NCBI GenBank assembly: GCA_016200135.1
Contig: JACQFI010000044.1
Location: 15,390-79,389 of the forward strand
Length of the DNA: 64,000 bases
From: Planctomycetota bacterium
Lineage (GTDB): Bacteria; Planctomycetota; SZUA-567; H5-PLA8
Direction: 5' to 3'
A program made the translations under genes and the position numbers. This document shows positions 44,301-52,580 of this stretch, in pieces. Numbering within the stretch: the first letter of the stretch is position 1; every line of letters begins with the position of its first letter. The notes beneath the pieces were generated by a model. It saw only the letters and a program-made list of their open reading frames with translations, searched no databases and was not told the origin of the DNA.

Positions 44301-45091
44301 CCAAGGAAGAAGAACTCGATCTCATCAAGAAGATGCTCATCGAGTCGCTCTCGCCGCTGGTGCCCGCGTTCCGGCAGGCCCTTGAAACCGTGCGCAGCGA
44401 GGCCGAGCAGCTCGTCACGATCGTGACGCAGGTCCGCCAGACGCTCGACGCCTCCGCCGGCGATCCGGAGAAACTTCGGGAAGTCGCGCAGGAAGTCGTG
44501 CAGATCGAATCCAACGCGGTGGGACTTCAGGGAAAGATCGCGCTCACCAACCGGCAGGTGATCGGCCAGCTCGCCAACGTGATCGGCGTGCCCACGGAGG
44601 AAGGCGAGGCCGAGACGGCCCGCGCTTCCGGAGCCGCACCGGCCGTATCCACCGAAGCGCCTCCGCCCGAGCCCGCAGCGCAGGCCGAAGTCGTCGAGGC
44701 CGGCGAAGTGGAGGCCGAAGAATCCCCCGCTCCGGTGGAAGCGCCCGCCGAAATCCCCGCGGAGCAGGTCGAGGCCGAAGCGGCGCCCGTGGAAGAGCCC
44801 GATCCGCCCAACACGCCCGCGGAAGTCGAAGCCATCCAAGCCGAACTGGCCCAGGACGACGACGATGAAGAGGCGGATGAGGCCCCGAATTCCGCGGCTT
44901 CCAAGCCGATCTCTTCCAAAAAGCCGTCGGCCTTCACTTCCGCCCATCGCCTGAAGATGCAGGCCAAGGCCAAGCCCGCGGCTTCAAACGATGGCGCAGA
45001 AGAAGGCGAGGCCCCCGCCGGCGACGAGTCCGCCGACGCCCAGAAAAAAGGCGGCTTCTTCAACCGCTTCTTCGGCGGGAAGAAGAAATAG
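41339..45091 (+). CDS. Giant (1,251 aa) protein: N-terminal tandem zinc ribbons + Pro/Ala-rich repeat linker + ~900-aa coiled coil + acidic segment + basic C-terminal tail
   Basis: ATG with a G7 RBS-like run upstream. Zinc ribbons CAGCGKKY...CGQC and CSCCWMQH...CSQC. The linker carries repeated S(S/A)AGxxAxP...ASRVG motifs. Then comes a long heptad Ala/Glu/Lys/Gln/Leu-rich region, an EAEA/PAP acidic region, and the end ...KKGGFFNRFFGGKKK. The antisense ORFs are artefacts. Confidence 0.8.
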   Translation: MSSMIVICAGCGKKYKGAPSQKKFKCGQCANLYTFPVGAQSPGPGKLLCSCCWMQHANTPALKECSQCKQKISSKFVGKALWIASLPANEVEGDESGGGTAPKSPAKPSSVFLKQSPLAAGGAKLSNPGLKVAPPAGPKPSTPGVKAAPAAPATASRVGPATGPAPAAVTPSSAALKSAPAPAGASRVGAAAPAPRPSSAGFRATPTPASGTRVVPSAPKANTGLDIFPKPAPAPVRISSAGLNAVPPKAPAQAQNVDADISSISSFFDDADKGPMKPLAEPKKEESSAAIDPTLAAAVLKEELKATKSSASKSAVPAVKMPASAKSFAGGLLGQLSAPSTTSNRAPVPSTDLETRLMHEIKHAEQLWRDLEAARKALKEKGGPSAGIAEFQERLLAKDRELSQARAALDENRKKLATLPKLEAKLAAETEAREVAHQALEESEKAMQQFETRIAELEAQLKSAPAAPAADPAELAQARADLEEKAAQAADLEGQLAADRQALDVAMQEKETAEDARFKLEVRLAETEKKLAEIQNQAAASSQAGEAAKQLEDELSRASKAAEENAAAAEQARQEQEAAFKELEAAQKALEDARAAAALAAEEFERKLDDERRAKAGVEIALKAAEEGRAGEETGRKGLEARVTELEQQLASAQEHLESVRRAAESSQAATVELEKAQKDIEAFQSTVSALTTQFEEEKRAREASEKLQAAAENAREAAESRLKDQQTRLTETQSQLAGMQRFEEELAQVRLERDKLQAKADELDQRLAEELKSGETFRLEWNKQSQLRKTQDAKLEELKDQFDAEKQAKDAAVAQRYEFETKIKQLEGDLNELQKTYAEDRKTLEEQQHQLDTASASKDELERKLAEAEKALAEARAAQEATGKAQAGADQARQEFEQKAAELQQSLGAAQKECDDAKGEIEKLTKFREGLEAQVKELRAAAQAAPAGAAGSPPAATAGGSVEVEELRKQIDIQQAEAIQAKGLLAAKEEELDLIKKMLIESLSPLVPAFRQALETVRSEAEQLVTIVTQVRQTLDASAGDPEKLREVAQEVVQIESNAVGLQGKIALTNRQVIGQLANVIGVPTEEGEAETARASGAAPAVSTEAPPPEPAAQAEVVEAGEVEAEESPAPVEAPAEIPAEQVEAEAAPVEEPDPPNTPAEVEAIQAELAQDDDDEEADEAPNSAASKPISSKKPSAFTSAHRLKMQAKAKPAASNDGAEEGEAPAGDESADAQKKGGFFNRFFGGKKK

Positions 45092-45184
45092 CCCTTCCTG
45101 GAAATAGCTTGTTTTGAGCGATGCTGACGAGCTATTCGCGCCCTCGGCAGGATTCGTGCGGCGGCAGCCTTTTACACCGGGTAG

Positions 45185-45337
45185 TTACGTCGCGGCGGGA
45201 ACCGGCTTCACGGCCTTCGGCTTCTTCGCTTTTGGTTCGGGCTTCTTGTCCACCTTATCTTTGCATACGATGCAGAACTTGGCGTTCATGTTGTGCTCGC
45301 ACCAGTTGATGCCTTTGTACGGTGTCTCGGCACTCAT
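45185..45337 (-). CDS. Small (50 aa) hypothetical protein with C-x-H...C-x2-C knuckle and Lys/Pro-rich tail
   Basis: AAGGAGA RBS 7 nt upstream of ATG 45337. Sequence MSAETPYKGINWCEHNMNAKFCIVCKDK... followed by KPEPKAKKPKAVKP. Confidence 0.45.
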   Translation of the reverse strand: MSAETPYKGINWCEHNMNAKFCIVCKDKVDKKPEPKAKKPKAVKPVPAAT

Positions 45338-45431
45338 CGTCTGTCTCCTTAAACCGCCCTTAGAACGGCCATGCCTCACCTCACAAAGCGTAACCGCAAG
45401 AAGACCGATTAGATAGCCGCTTTAAGCCGTC

Positions 45432-46733
45432 TCACTTCCCGCCCAAGATCTCCTCCGGATTCTTCAGCAAGATCCGCTCCGCGAGCGCCAGCGCGTCTTC
45501 CACGCGCAGCGGTTCGAGCGTCTCCACACCGCCGATGCGGCTCTCCTCGATCTTCTCCGCCAGCACGATCGCGAGCTGCAGCCGGAACGTGTTGAACTTC
45601 GGCAGCACGAACTCCAGCGAGTACCCGTCGCTGTGGAACCCGATGAACTTGTTGCGCGGGAGCACGTCCAGCCGCCGCCGCAGCTCGCGCCGGATGTCCT
45701 CCGGGTTGTTCGCGTACCACCAGTGCGAGAACGGATACACGTTGTGCCGGATCCAGCCTTCGGTCACGAGTTCCAAGCCGGCGGTATCGCTCACCACCAT
45801 CATGGGGAAGCGGACGTCCGGGTGCGTGTTCAAAAGGTTGTCGTAGCCGCGCAGGTTGCCGTCGCAACTGAAGAGGTCCTGCCCCGCCGGCACGCCTTGC
45901 GCGTACGCCCCGCGGTCCGCGCCGACCATCAGGCAGAACGGCACGTTCACGCGCGCGCACTGCTTGGCGATGCGCCCGATCGCGAAGCTCGCCCAGGCGA
46001 ATTTCTGTTCCTGGTCGAACTTCTTGCCCTCGGCCAGCCGCGCGAGCAGCTTCGCCGCCGTCTTGTCCTTCACATCTTCAACGGCAAAGCTCGGCGGCGC
46101 GCCCACCGCCGCGTAGCCCATCTTCCACGAGGCGAAGCGGTCGAAGACCTTGCTCAGCGCCAAGTCGAAATTCTTGATGCTCTTGCCCGCCTTGAGCTTC
46201 GTGCATTTATCCAGCCGCTCGACCATCTTCGCCGTCGAAGCGTTGAAGACCAGGTCGTCGGTGCGCAGGCACGGGACCAACCGGCCGTCCTTCAGCCGGG
46301 AGAGGTCCTCGTCGAACTGGTTGGTGAGGTACACCTTCGTCACCTGCGAGCGCTCGAAGACGCGCTGGATGTAGCTGCCGTCCTGGATCGCCTTCTGCGC
46401 GCGCGCCACGATCTCGCTCTTGGGCTTGCTCCACCAGTCGCCGCGCGGGATCTCGAAGAAGACCTCGCTGATGCCCATCATCCAGTCGAACTGCACGGTC
46501 CCGCGCAGCTTCGGCAGGTGCGGCCAGACGTACTCGATGCGCTCGCCCGGATCGTCCGGCAGCGGCACCGGCGCGCCGCGCGAACTGTTCGCGAGCTCCG
46601 TGTAATAGTGGTAGCCGAGCAATTCCCCGAGATGGATCGCGCAGGGCTTGTCCCACGGCACGTGCGTGTGCGGATCGCAGATCGGCATCTTGCGCAGTTC
46701 GCGAAAGAGCGTGGACACGAGGTCGTGGTTCAT
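45432..46733 (-). CDS. uxaC: Glucuronate (uronate) isomerase family amidohydrolase-fold enzyme
   Basis: N-terminal metal-binding HxH context (PICDPHTHV). The C-terminal YPFSHWWYANNPEDIRRELRRRLDVL resembles the UxaC signature [20 protein letters not shown]. Length ~433 aa. This is a moderate-confidence family call. Confidence 0.6.
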   Translation of the reverse strand: MNHDLVSTLFRELRKMPICDPHTHVPWDKPCAIHLGELLGYHYYTELANSSRGAPVPLPDDPGERIEYVWPHLPKLRGTVQFDWMMGISEVFFEIPRGDWWSKPKSEIVARAQKAIQDGSYIQRVFERSQVTKVYLTNQFDEDLSRLKDGRLVPCLRTDDLVFNASTAKMVERLDKCTKLKAGKSIKNFDLALSKVFDRFASWKMGYAAVGAPPSFAVEDVKDKTAAKLLARLAEGKKFDQEQKFAWASFAIGRIAKQCARVNVPFCLMVGADRGAYAQGVPAGQDLFSCDGNLRGYDNLLNTHPDVRFPMMVVSDTAGLELVTEGWIRHNVYPFSHWWYANNPEDIRRELRRRLDVLPRNKFIGFHSDGYSLEFVLPKFNTFRLQLAIVLAEKIEESRIGGVETLEPLRVEDALALAERILLKNPEEILGGK

Positions 46734-46850
46734 GGCGGCATCCTTTTATGCTGGAGTGGAGCGCGCGAGGATAACCGCGCAGGCGCGGGAGGCAAGTTGG
46801 CGCGTAGCGCAGGCAGGCTGCCTGCGGTACGGGCAGGCTGGAAGCCTGCG

Positions 46851-47993
46851 CTACGAGGGCCGCATTTCGGCGTAGAAGACCTCCCCGCAGTTGCTCTCGT
46901 CGTCGAAGACCGTCGCGAACGAACTCCCGTTGCACTCGAACTTCAGGCGCAGGCTCGCGCCGGGTTCGGCCATCGTCCAGCCGAAGAGCGCCAGGCCCTC
47001 GGGGTGCACCGCGAGCGGCTTCAGTTCCAGGGTCCGCTTGCCGTCCTGCAGTTCCAAGTGTGGCCGCGCCGCATCCAGGGGATCGAAGCGGAGAATCGCA
47101 ATCGAGCGGCGCAGCGGTTCGAGCGCACCCGGGCCTTCGCGCGCCAGGATAGCCTTGGGCGACTCCGCCACGCCCGCGCGCAGGAACGCGCCCACCGGGC
47201 TCGCCGCGGTTGCGCCGCGCTTCTTGCGCAGGTGATGGATGATGCCCTTCGGCCCATGGTGCCGGTAGCCCGAGAACGGCACGAAGACGCGCTCGTCGAA
47301 CCGGCGCGGCGCGACGCCTGGCTTGAGAAAGACCGGGTTCGGGTTGGTGAAAATCGCGGGCACGACCCCGTCGGACTCTCGGCCGCCGGCGATCCAGGAC
47401 ATGGCCGTGCGCCGGCCGGTCAAGCCCGCAAGGGACACCGTCTCGGGCCAGAATTCCTGCTGGATCAGCTCGGCGTGCGCGAGGTCCCAGAGGAACGGGT
47501 TGGGCGCGGACATCTGGCGCGCCAGCGCCGTCCCGGGCACCAGGCCCAGCTTGATCGCCGCGCGGCTGATTCCCATCAGGTGGACGCCATGCCGCGGGCT
47601 CGCGCACTCGATCAGGCGTTCCACCGGCGGGCGCTTCTTCTTCGAGGCATAATGCCGCCAGATCCACGTGCGCGCGACGAGCCCGCCCATGCTGTGGCAG
47701 ACGACGACCATCGGCGCGTCGAGGTTCTGCGGGACCTTCGCCGCGCGCAGCGCGTCTTCCAGTTCGTCGGCCAGGTCTTCGAGCGTCTTGCGGCGGGGGC
47801 GCGAGTTGTACGCGCGGAAGACCGGCAGCACGCGGTGCCCGTCCGCTTCGAGCAACTCCGGCAGCGCGCCGAAACTGTCCGGCCGCCCGAGCCAGCCATG
47901 AAGGAGAAGTACGGGTTTACCCACGAACGGCCTCACAGCGCCACAAAGACACGAAGTACATAAAGGTCCACAAGGCGGAACGTATCTTGTCAC
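46851..47993 (-). CDS. Alpha/beta hydrolase, lipase/esterase-like (PGAP1/DUF676-type)
   Basis: HG(W) oxyanion region PVLLLHGWLG and nucleophile elbow VVCHSMGGLV. The start is uncertain. Confidence 0.65.
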   Translation of the reverse strand: MTRYVPPCGPLCTSCLCGAVRPFVGKPVLLLHGWLGRPDSFGALPELLEADGHRVLPVFRAYNSRPRRKTLEDLADELEDALRAAKVPQNLDAPMVVVCHSMGGLVARTWIWRHYASKKKRPPVERLIECASPRHGVHLMGISRAAIKLGLVPGTALARQMSAPNPFLWDLAHAELIQQEFWPETVSLAGLTGRRTAMSWIAGGRESDGVVPAIFTNPNPVFLKPGVAPRRFDERVFVPFSGYRHHGPKGIIHHLRKKRGATAASPVGAFLRAGVAESPKAILAREGPGALEPLRRSIAILRFDPLDAARPHLELQDGKRTLELKPLAVHPEGLALFGWTMAEPGASLRLKFECNGSSFATVFDDESNCGEVFYAEMRPS

Positions 47994-48086
47994 TCGAGCA
48001 TACGCACGCTCAGGAAGGTTCCAGGCTGTTTGTTAGTAATTCTGTTCTTCGTGAAACTTCGTGTTCTTGGTGTCTTCGTGGTGCCG

Positions 48087-48668
48087 TTACGGCTCAATCT
48101 TCGTCCCCAGCACCTTCAGGAACTTGGCGAGCCATTCCGGATGCGCGGGCCACGCGGGCGCGGTGACCAGGTTGCCGTCCTCGTAGGCGCGGTCCACGGG
48201 CATGGCAACGAACTTGCCCCCCGCGCCCTTGATATCCGGCCCGACCGCCGGGTAGGCCGTGCACTTCCGGCCCTTCAGCGCGTCGGCCGCGGCGAGCACC
48301 TGCAATCCGTGGCAGATGGAGGCGATGGGCTTGTTCGCATCCGCGAAGTGCCGGACGATATGCAGGACGTCCTCGTTGAGGCGGATGTATTCCGGCGCGC
48401 GCCCGCCGGGAATCACCAGCGCGTCGTATTTCTCGGGCTTGATCCTGTCGAAATCCGCATTCAGCGCGAAGTCGTGCCCGCGCTTCTCGCTGTAGGTCTG
48501 GTCGCCCTCGAAGTCGTGCACCACCGTGCGGACCTTCTCGCCCGCCTTCTTGCCGGGACAGACCGCGTGGACCGTGTGTCCGACCATTAGCAGTGCCTGG
48601 AACGGCACCATCGCCTCGTAGTCCTCCACGTAGTCGCCGACGAGCATCAGGATTTTTTTCGCGGGCAT
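48087..48668 (-). CDS. DJ-1/PfpI family protein (class-I glutamine amidotransferase-like)
   Basis: [14 protein letters not shown], nucleophile elbow [13 protein letters not shown], ~190 aa. Confidence 0.85.
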   Translation of the reverse strand: MPAKKILMLVGDYVEDYEAMVPFQALLMVGHTVHAVCPGKKAGEKVRTVVHDFEGDQTYSEKRGHDFALNADFDRIKPEKYDALVIPGGRAPEYIRLNEDVLHIVRHFADANKPIASICHGLQVLAAADALKGRKCTAYPAVGPDIKGAGGKFVAMPVDRAYEDGNLVTAPAWPAHPEWLAKFLKVLGTKIEP

Positions 48669-48758
48669 AGCGAGTTCCTTTCTATTGGTCATTGGTCGTT
48701 GGTCATTTTACATGGGTCATTTAACTGCAAAACAGCCAAGGGCCAAATGACAAATGAG

Positions 48759-48890
48759 TGCTCTGTTGAAAACCCGCGGCCGCAGCGGGAATTCCCCCCT
48801 TAAGTAAGGGGGGATACAGGGGGGTAACCCCTTCGCGGCCTTAACCTCCCCTTACCCCTCCTTACATAAGGAGGGGAATTCAACAGAGCA
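48759..48890. repeat. Complex nested palindromic intergenic element (~130 bp): outer 12-bp inverted repeats enclosing three consecutive GC-rich hairpins with TTA(N)TAA loops
   Basis: Outer repeats are tgctctgttgaa (48759-70) and ttcaacagagca (48879-90). Internal hairpins are cccgc-ggccgca-gcggg, cccccc-ttaagtaa-gggggg (48794-48813), gggg-gtaa-cccc and cccctcc-ttacataa-ggagggg (48855-48876). gggaattc is repeated at both inner ends. An upstream run of four ggtcatt units lies at 48685-48720. Confidence 0.5.
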
Positions 48891-48908
48891 ACAAATGACC
48901 AATTGAAT

Positions 48909-49709
48909 TCACGCCTTGAACCGCGCCTGATAGAGAAACACTGCCGCCGCCGCGGAGACATTCAGCGAGTCCTGTCCGCCCGCGAGCGGGATCGCGACGA
49001 ACTCGTCGCATGCCGCACGGACCTCCGCCGAGAGCCCCGTGAACTCGGTGCCGAAGACCAGGCAGCAGTGCTCGGGAAAACGGTAGGCGTTCAGCGCCGT
49101 GGCGCCGCCGGGATCGGCTCCGACGATCCGCGCGCCGAACTCGCCGCGCAACCGCCGCAGCATCTCGGCCAGATGCGGTGCATGCAGGATCGGCAGCGCG
49201 AAGACGCCGCCCATCGAGTTCCGCACGGCGCGGCGCAGCCAGGGGCTGCACGAGGTCTCGCCCGAGAGCAGCGCCGTGGCGCCGAGCGCCGCGCAGCTCC
49301 GCACGATCACGCCCACGTTGTCGGCCTCGACCAGGCCGTCGAGCGCCACCAGCCGGCGCGGCGGCTTCGCGGCGGCCAGCACCGCTTTAAGGTCCGGCTC
49401 GGGCGGGCACTCGCCCAGCGCCATCACGCCGTGGTGGTACTCGACGCCCAGCACCTTCTCGATCGCTTTGCGTTCGGCGACGTGGACCACGATCTCGCTG
49501 CGTATTTCCAATGCCGGGCGGAAACGCTCAAACTGATCGGGCGTGCAGAGCACCGCACGGACCTTGAGTGCCGTTTGCAGCAGCCGCTCGATCACTAGCG
49601 GCCCTTCGGCCACGAAGAGCCCCTGATCGAACGGGAATTTGGGACGCCGCAGCGTCAGGAACGGTTTCAGGTCCGGCGCGTCGAGGTCCAGGACATGCGT
49701 AACGGTCAT
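48909..49709 (-). CDS. SpoU/TrmH-family (SPOUT) RNA 2'-O-methyltransferase
   Basis: LVALDGLVEADNVGVIVRSCAALGATALL and ...NSMGGVFALPI..., C-terminal SLNVSAAAAVFLYQ; typical TrmH motifs. Confidence 0.85.
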   Translation of the reverse strand: MTVTHVLDLDAPDLKPFLTLRRPKFPFDQGLFVAEGPLVIERLLQTALKVRAVLCTPDQFERFRPALEIRSEIVVHVAERKAIEKVLGVEYHHGVMALGECPPEPDLKAVLAAAKPPRRLVALDGLVEADNVGVIVRSCAALGATALLSGETSCSPWLRRAVRNSMGGVFALPILHAPHLAEMLRRLRGEFGARIVGADPGGATALNAYRFPEHCCLVFGTEFTGLSAEVRAACDEFVAIPLAGGQDSLNVSAAAAVFLYQARFKA

Positions 49710-49909
49710 GCGGTCTTTTTAGCGGAGGGCAGGTCTCGCGCAAAGCCGCAAAGGCGCTAAGAACTTCAGCGCACACCTAATAAATCAGGTACTTCTGGCC
49801 GTTCTTTGCGCCTTAGCGTCTTGGCGCGAGATTAAAGGAGTTTCCCTTGTCTTGCCCGCCAGCGACGGGAAGATGAAGCCGCGATGCGATCGCGGACCAG
49901 GCGGCGCCG

Positions 49910-52399
49910 ATGAAATGGGACCCACGCACCTTTATAGTGCTCGCGCTGGCCCTTGCGGCCGGCCCGCGCGCTCAGGGCGAAGACCCCGCGCCCGTTTCAC
50001 CTAAAGACGTTCCACCTAAAGAGGAGAGCCCCGTGAAAGCCACCGAGGGCGGCAAGCCCAAATACACCAACCGCCTCGCCAAGGAGACCAGCCCCTATCT
50101 GCTCCAGCACCAGCACAACCCGGTGGACTGGTACGCGTGGGGTGAAGAAGCTTTCGAGAAGGCGCGCAAGGAGGACAAACCGGTCTTCCTCTCGATCGGC
50201 TACAGCGCCTGCCACTGGTGCCACGTGATGGAGCGCGAGTGCTTCGAGGACGAAGAGGTCGCGAAGCTGCTCAACGAGAAGTTCGTCTCCATCAAGGTCG
50301 ATCGCGAGGAACGCCCCGACGTCGACGACATCTACATGCGCTACGTCCACCTCACCAAGCAGAGCGGCGGGTGGCCGATGTCGATTGTGATGACGCCGCA
50401 GGGCGCGCCGTACTTCGGCGGGACGTACTTCCCCAAGCCGGCTTTCATGCAGGTGCTGAACCAGGTCGCCGCGGCCTGGCAGGACCGCAAGGATAAGATC
50501 GTCGCGCACACTCAGCAGGTCGTGGAGATCCTCAACGAGGAAGCCAACGCGCGCTACAAAGAACCCGAGCGCCCGCTCACCCGCGATACCGTGCGCACGG
50601 TGACGAAGCTGCTCGAACGCTTCTTCGACTATCAGAACGGCGGCCTGCAGTCGCAGCGCAAGTTTCCGCCGCACATGACCATGGAGATGCTCGTCGAACT
50701 CGTCGCGAAAGACCCCAAGAACGCCCCCGCCCGCGACATGCTCACCCTGACCCTCGACAAGATGCAACTCGGCGGCATCCACGACCATCTCGGCGGCGGC
50801 TTCCACCGTTACGCGACCGATCCCATCTGGTTCCTGCCCCACTTCGAGAAGATGCTTTACGACAACGCCCAAGCCGCGCGCTACTACGCCCGCGCCAGTG
50901 CGGTGCTCAAGAATGAGGAGTACGCCCGCACCGCCCGCGGCATTTATGAATGGGTATTGCGCGAGATGCGCGCGCCCGAGGGCGTCTTCTACTCCGCCTA
51001 CGATGCCGACAGCGAGGGCGAGGAGGGCAAGTTCTACGTCTGGGACAAGCGCGAGATCGACGAAGTTCTCGGCGAAGACGCCAAGCTCTTTGAAACGGTC
51101 TACCGCATCAAGCCGGACGGGAACTTCAACGAGGAAGCCACCGGCCACCCGACCGGGCTGAACATTCCCCACCTGGACGAACCCCTCGCGGATACCGCTA
51201 TCCGCCTGAAGATGGCCGAGGGCGAACTCCGCGCCAAGCTCGACGCGCTCCGCAAGAAGCTCCTCGCCGTGCGCGTGAAGCGCGTCTGGCCGCACCTCGA
51301 CGACAAAATCCTCACCTCGTGGAATGCGCTGATGCTCGGGAGCCTCGCGCAGGGCAGCATCCACTTAAAGGAGCCGCGCTACCGCGAGGCGGCCGTGTCC
51401 GCCGCCGAGTGGCTCCTCAAGAACCATCGCACGAAAGACGGCCGCTGGCTCGCCACCAGCCGCAAGAGCGACGCGCGTCTCGACGCCTACCTCGACGACC
51501 ACGCCTGCCTCGCCAACGCTTTCATGGACCTCTTCGACACCACCGGCGAGGCCCGCTGGAAGGACGAAGCCGCCGCCGTGGTCAAGATCCTCAACGCGCA
51601 CTTCTGGGACGAGAAGAACGGCGGCTACTTCTTCGTCTCCGACGACCACGAGAAGTTGCTCGTGCGAGTGAAGAACCCCTCGGACAACGCGACGCCCTCG
51701 GGCAACGGCATCGCCGCGCAGGCGCTGGTGCGCTTGGCCAAGGCTACAGGGGACAAGGCGTATGCCGACCGGGCCGGCCGGATCTTCGCCACCTTCCATA
51801 CGTTGCTCGATCTGGCGCCCGTGCAGGTCGAGTCTCTGCTGCTTGGGTTCGAATGGCATCTCGACAACGGCGCGCAGCCCGATGCCGCTGTGGCCGCCAA
51901 ACCCAAGGACCAGCCCAAGGTCCAACGCGGGCCGGTCATCGCCGAACTCTTCGTGGGCCTCGACAAACTGCCCGTGGGCTCCAAGGTCCCCATCGCCATA
52001 CGGCTTACGCTGGACAAGGGCTATCACATCCAGGCGCACAAGCCGGCGCAAGAGGGCCTGATCGGCACGGCCTTTCGAGTCACTGGAGAGGCCTGGGGCG
52101 CACTTATAAAGGAGCAGTATCCGGCCCCGGTCAAACTTCCCGCGCCGGAACTCGGCGGCGACCTGCTCGTCTACAGCGCCTCGGCCATGATGGGTGGCCT
52201 CTTGGAAGTCCCTCAAAACGCCAAGCCTGGAAATCAGGCGCTGGAGGTTGAAGTTGAGTTCCAAGCATGCAGTGAAAAAGCGTGTTTAGCGCCCGAAAAA
52301 GTAACGCTGCGAATCTCGGTTCAGGTCGTGGCCGCAGATTTAAAATGTAACCCATTATATGAAAATGAGTTAAGAGAACTTAACCTGGGAAGTAAGTAG
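49910..52399 (+). CDS. Secreted thioredoxin-domain (DUF255) / six-hairpin-glycosidase-like protein (YyaL family) with extra C-terminal domain
   Basis: Signal peptide. [48 protein letters not shown] is the DUF255 thioredoxin-like signature, followed by an (alpha/alpha)6 region. The last ~25 codons are anomalously AT-rich. Confidence 0.85.
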   Translation: MKWDPRTFIVLALALAAGPRAQGEDPAPVSPKDVPPKEESPVKATEGGKPKYTNRLAKETSPYLLQHQHNPVDWYAWGEEAFEKARKEDKPVFLSIGYSACHWCHVMERECFEDEEVAKLLNEKFVSIKVDREERPDVDDIYMRYVHLTKQSGGWPMSIVMTPQGAPYFGGTYFPKPAFMQVLNQVAAAWQDRKDKIVAHTQQVVEILNEEANARYKEPERPLTRDTVRTVTKLLERFFDYQNGGLQSQRKFPPHMTMEMLVELVAKDPKNAPARDMLTLTLDKMQLGGIHDHLGGGFHRYATDPIWFLPHFEKMLYDNAQAARYYARASAVLKNEEYARTARGIYEWVLREMRAPEGVFYSAYDADSEGEEGKFYVWDKREIDEVLGEDAKLFETVYRIKPDGNFNEEATGHPTGLNIPHLDEPLADTAIRLKMAEGELRAKLDALRKKLLAVRVKRVWPHLDDKILTSWNALMLGSLAQGSIHLKEPRYREAAVSAAEWLLKNHRTKDGRWLATSRKSDARLDAYLDDHACLANAFMDLFDTTGEARWKDEAAAVVKILNAHFWDEKNGGYFFVSDDHEKLLVRVKNPSDNATPSGNGIAAQALVRLAKATGDKAYADRAGRIFATFHTLLDLAPVQVESLLLGFEWHLDNGAQPDAAVAAKPKDQPKVQRGPVIAELFVGLDKLPVGSKVPIAIRLTLDKGYHIQAHKPAQEGLIGTAFRVTGEAWGALIKEQYPAPVKLPAPELGGDLLVYSASAMMGGLLEVPQNAKPGNQALEVEVEFQACSEKACLAPEKVTLRISVQVVAADLKCNPLYENELRELNLGSK

Positions 52400-52580
52400 G
52401 CTACGCACGAAGAGCGCACAGGTGTTATTTTTTGAGGGTATGCGACGATTTTTGGTGGACTTTTTTCCGTGCAAACGTAGACTACGCCTGTTCTTCGAAA
52501 TGAGCACAAGTGCTTTGCAGGCAATCCCTAGGGGTTTGCCAATGCAGAGTTCAATCCTAGGGAAGGAGCGTATCCTCCAC

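Noticed and set aside
45633-47963. 776-aa plus-strand ORF spanning the uronate isomerase and lipase genes
   Set aside because: It spans two independently supported minus-strand genes and is Arg/Pro/Ala-rich. Spurious.
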